A stretch of DNA of 64,000 nucleotides. It comes from Squalus acanthias. Its lineage: Eukaryota. The stretch covers positions 150,414,001 through 150,478,000 of the forward strand of contig CM059432.1 in the NCBI GenBank assembly GCA_030390025.1. Direction: 5' to 3'. Position 1 is the first letter of the stretch; every line of letters begins with the position of its first letter. A program made the position numbers and the translations under genes. This document shows, piece after piece, positions 59,727 to 64,000 of this stretch. The notes beneath the pieces were generated by a model. That model was not told the origin of the DNA. It ran no database searches and was given only the letters and a program-made list of their open reading frames with translations.

Positions 59727-60244
59727 GCTTCTGGTATATACCTCAGTTGAGGAAGCGCTCAGTCAAGGTGGGGAGAGGGGTTTGCGAGGAAGTCACACTG
59801 CAGATGGGTGTCAGGCTCCAAACTTCCACAGCACTGAGTATGCCTGCTAAAAGTTCCCCCAGACCTGAAACAACAAAGTTCTGCCATCTGCAAATGATCC
59901 CTGGTGAAAACTCCTTTGTAATGGTGGAGCTGCAGCTGTTAGTAAGCAATCCACTTGTGAGGCCGCCAGCATTACCTGGCGTGTTCCAGAGGAGGCGTGT
60001 AGGATGGGGGAAATGTCTAAAAATCAGAAAGGCCTCTCAAAATGGGATTATAGAGGCAATTAAGTGGTTGTTAAGGGCCTTAAGGGCCTATCCCGCCTCT
60101 TGGAGGCGGGATGGAAAGGGGGTCAGAAAACACGCATTCGGAAAATTGGATGGAGGTGGGATTGGGCCCGCCCGCCATTTTTGGCGATTTTAACAACTCG
60201 CACGCCTCCAAACCCGCCTCCTCAGGGCTGGTAAAATCCAGCCC

Positions 60245-60334
60245 ATAGAGTCATAACGGCACAGAAGGAGGCCATTCGGCCCATCGAGTCCATGCCGGCT
60301 CGCTGCAGAGCAATCCAGTCAGTCCCATTCCCCC
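60245..60334 (-). mobile_element. CR1-type 3' tail (host of the Harbinger; tip at 57062-57073)
   Basis: atagagtcataacggcacagaaggaggccattcggcccatcgag. Confidence 0.8.
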
Positions 60335-60508
60335 GGAATAACAATGAGGGCTATACAGAAAAACAATTTCCTTATAGCCGAGTAAATGAGACCCCTCTTT
60401 CCAGCAAAGGCCAGTTCAGCCTACTGAACTACACCATTGTTACATCAGACAGGAAAGGGAGGTGGAGCAGCTTTCCTCATGCACTGCAGCTTGAAGAATG
60501 AAGTTAAT

Positions 60509-63226
60509 AACCCAAACTTTGCTGGAGTGAGGCATCTCGCGGCGAGCCCCGTTCATTACACTTGTTCGTGCATTGTTTCGTCTTGTAATTTTTTGCCCAC
60601 AAAGTGCGAGCTGATAATGGCATGGCGAGGGCAACAGGGCTTCTGGGATCTTGTTGAACATAAATACAAACAGTGTATCTCCTTAACCAAAGAGATTAAA
60701 GGATTGAGAAAGAGAGAGGCAGGACTGAAAAACAAGACAAATTGAGTGGGTGAATTTAATGTCAAATCAGGTAGAGAGAGAGAGAGAGGGAAAGAAAGAT
60801 TGCATTGCGAGAGAGAGAAAAAGAGACAGAAAGGAAAAGCAAGAATTTTTTTTTTTTAAACTTGACATTTTAAAAATCTCTTACAAAAATTCACAACCTG
60901 AAGGAATGAGATGCCACACTTTAATTGTTCACTTTCTGGGCAAGAGAGGTTGATTGGACCAACCCTGGTTCAATAAGGAGTGCAGAAGAGCATGCCAGGA
61001 ACAGCACCAGGCATACCAAAAAATGAGGTGCCAACCTGGGGAAGCTGCAACACAGGACTACATGCATGCTAAAAAGCGGAAGCAGCATGCCATAGACAGG
61101 GCTAAGCGATCCCACAATCAACGGATCAGATCAAAGCTCTGCAGTCCTGCCACATCCAGTCGTGAATGGTGGTGGACCATTAAACAGCTAACGGGAGGAG
61201 GAGGCTCCAAGAATATCCCATCCTCAATGATGGTGGAGCCCAGTATGCGAGTGCAAAAGACAAGGCTGAAGCGTTTGCAACCAACTTCAGCCAGAAGTGC
61301 CGAGTGGATGATCCATATCGGCCTACTCCCGAGGTCCCCAGTATCACAGAAGCCAGTCTTCAGCCAATTCGATTCACTCCACGTGATATCAAGAAACGGC
61401 TGAGCGCACTGGATACAGCAAAGGCTATGGGCTCCGACAACATCCCGGCTATCGTGCTGAAGACTTGTGCTCCAGAACTAGCCGCGCCTCTAGCCAAGCT
61501 GTTCCAGTACAGCTACAACACTGGCATCTATCTGACAATGTGGAAAACTGCCCAGTTATGTCCTGTCCACAAAAAGCAGGACAAATCCAATCCAGCCAAT
61601 TACCGCCCCATCAGTCTACTCTCAATCATCAGCAAGGTGATGGACGGTGTCATCGACAATGCTATCAAGCGGCACTTACTCACCAATAACCTGCTCACCA
61701 ATGCCAAGTTTGGGTTCCGCCAAGACCACTCAGCTCCCGACCTCTTTACAGCCTTGGTCCAAACATGGACAAAAGAGCTGAATTCCAGAGGTGAGGTGAG
61801 GTGAGAGTGACTGCCCTTGACATCAAGGCAGCATTTGACCGAGTCTGGCATCAAGGAGCCCTAGTAAAACTGAAGTCAATGGGAATCAGGGGGAAAACGC
61901 GCCACTGGATGGAGTCATACCTAGTACAAAGGAAGATGGTTGTGGTGATTGAAGGTCAATCATCACAGCCCCAGGACATCGCTGCAGGAGTTCCTCAGGG
62001 CAGTGTCCTAGGCCCAACCATCTTCAGCTGCTTCATCAATGACCTTCCCTCCAACATAAGGTCAGAAATGGGGATGTTCGCTGATGACTGCACAGTGTTC
62101 AGCGCCATTCACAACTTCTCAGATAATGAAGCAGTCCATGCCCGCATGCAACAAGACCTGGACGACGTTCAGGCTTGGGCTGATAAGTGGCAGGTAACAT
62201 TCGCACCACACAAGTGCCAGGCAATGACTATCTCCAACAAGCGAGAGTCTAACCACCTCCCCATGACATTCAATGGCATTACCATCGCCAAATCCCCCAC
62301 CATCAACATCCTGGGGGTCACCATTAACCAGAAACTTAACTGGACCAGCCACATAAATACTGTGGCAACAAGAGCAGGTCAGAGGCTAGGTATTCTGCGG
62401 CGAGTGTCTCACCTCCTGACTCCCCAAAGCCTTTCCATCATCTACAAGGCCCAAGTAAGGAGTGTGATGGAATACTCTCCACTTGCCTGGATGAGTGCAG
62501 CTCCAACACTCAAAAAGCTCGACACCATCCAGGACAAAGCAACCCGCTTGATTGGTACCCCATCCACCACCTTAAACGTTCACTCCCTCCACCACCGGCG
62601 TACCGTGGCTGCTGTGTGTACCATCTACAAGATGCACTGCAGCAACTCACCAAGGCTTCTTCGCAAGCACCTCCCAAACCCACGACCTCTTCCACCTAGA
62701 AGGACAAGAGCAGCAGACACATGGGAACACCACCACCTCCAAGTTCCCCTCCAAGTCACACACCATCCTGAATTAAAAGTATATTGCCGATCCTTCATCG
62801 TCGCTGGGTCAAAATCCTGGAACTCCCTACCTAACAGCACTGTGGGAGTACCTTCACCACACGGACTGCAGCGGTTCAAGAAGGCGGCTCAACACCACCT
62901 ACTCAAGGGCAACTAGGATGGGTAATAAATGCTGGCCTTGTCAGCGACGCCCAGATCCCATAAGCGAAAAAAAACCAATTATCACGTTGTTAAAAGGGTA
63001 CTTCCGCTGTTAATTACTAGACTTAACTTTCTGTGGTGAGTTTAATGGGCAATTAATGTGCAAATTAACAGCAACTTCATGAAACTCATGGGGCGGTTAA
63101 GGGCGAGATGCCATTTTTGCGAAGCTAACGGCGGAACGGCGCAAATCTGCCACAGGTTGCCTGCCGATTTGCACATTAATATGGTGTGCGTCGTTCACAC
63201 GCAGTTATTTTTTCAAAAGTCTGGCC
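60509..63226. mobile_element. MITE-like DNA element (TSD AAT) interrupted by a LINE
   Basis: Degenerate ends acccaaacttt / aaaagtctggcc, aat on both flanks; the flanks rejoin in frame. Confidence 0.55.
60958..62974 (+). mobile_element. CR1-clade LINE family B, 5'-truncated ORF2 (RT)
   Basis: DQPWFN, KAMGSDNIP, YRPISLLS, LDIKAAFDRVWH, QGSVLGP, FADD; hairpin tail with A-rich end; frameshifts near 61220 and 61800. Confidence 0.92.
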
Positions 63227-64000
63227 AATGTCTCTGGTGTTGCCTGAGGTAGGGCTTGTAGCAGTCAAGGTTTACCTGGAACAACAGTCCACTAAGGACT
63301 TCACCATCACAGGTCCTATTCAGGAGAACTCTCCAATTTGGAAACAATACACTGCAAAATATCCTGCATGGGTCAGACAGACCATTAACATTGCAGGCAA
63401 AGGCCTCTATGACATAACTCATGATCTGGGCTACAACATCCCAAAACCCCCAGAGTTCGTTTATCACAGCAGTAGCTTCAAGTTCTATTGTGTGCTTGGC
63501 CTCGCCATTATAGTTCCAGCTGTGACCAGCATGTGGAGTGGGGAGTGACCAGTGACCATCCAAGGGGAGTGGGGAGTGACCATCTGCCAGTCCTGTTCAA
63601 ACTGAACCTCTCTGCTCAACACTGACCAGCCACATCTTCCTAATTGCAATGCCTTCAGGCTACACCTATCCGAGAACATCACCCACTCAGTCAGTAAAGT
63701 CATCGACGACCTAGAACTGGCCAGTAAGGAACTGACTGATGCACTAATCAGAGCAACAATTTGGCTTAATTGGCTGTGAAGCACCATCTCAGTGAGCTGA
63801 TGTGGTGGATAGCAAATTTCTTGGCAGAGTACACAACTGGTGTCAGAGTGGGCAAAGCAATCTCTCCTTTATTAATGTTCTCAATATCTATCTCTTACCT
63901 TTTTTAAGATCTAGGGAAGAAAGTTGGGAAGCAATAGATATTGGACTGGAGGTGTGGGTGGTAAGAAGTGCTGCACCATAGTTGATTGAAAGAGAAGGTG

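Larger units (their letters stand above)
57074..60244. mobile_element. Harbinger element with Myb/SANT gene and deleted transposase, TSD ATA
   Basis: Perfect 12-bp TIR gggctggatttt / aaaatccagccc, ata on both flanks. Confidence 0.93.
60390..63950 (+). pseudogene. Degraded coding relic, possibly env/fusion-glycoprotein-like (copy B), split by MITE + LINE
   Basis: Removing 60509-63229 joins EVEQLSSCTAA*RMKL to MSLVLPEVGLV... in frame. Later NITHSVSKVIDDLELASKELTDALI...KHHLSELMWW. Confidence 0.4.

Overview
Repeat-dense eukaryotic DNA, most likely from a cartilaginous fish (shark). This is inferred from the repeat families: DeuSINE/SacSINE1-like and HE1-like SINEs, abundant HER1/CR1 LINEs and Penelope-like pLTRs. 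No host protein-coding gene could be identified with confidence; nearly all long ORFs are transposon-derived. The window holds many CR1-clade LINE fragments, including one apparently full-length copy with an esterase-type ORF1 and a 5' tandem array. It also holds L2 LINEs, a second CR1-clade LINE family, three Deu-domain SINEs and a Penelope-like element with a GIY-YIG endonuclease and hammerhead-ribozyme-like pLTRs. DNA transposons include several PIF/Harbinger elements (spliced Myb/SANT gene facing a HARBI1-like transposase), many 3-bp-TSD MITEs and one hAT MITE with a perfect 8-bp TSD. The most notable observations are: (1) two divergent fossils of what may be an env/fusion-protein-like gene; (2) a Harbinger that kept a near-intact Myb/SANT gene but lost its transposase core; (3) repeated Harbinger insertion into CR1 3' tail microsatellites; (4) a 1.08-kb duplication spanning a TE-TE junction; (5) an inverted-plus-direct repeat structure near 44.5-45.3 kb. 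Coordinates were read by eye, and degenerate repeat ends are approximate.
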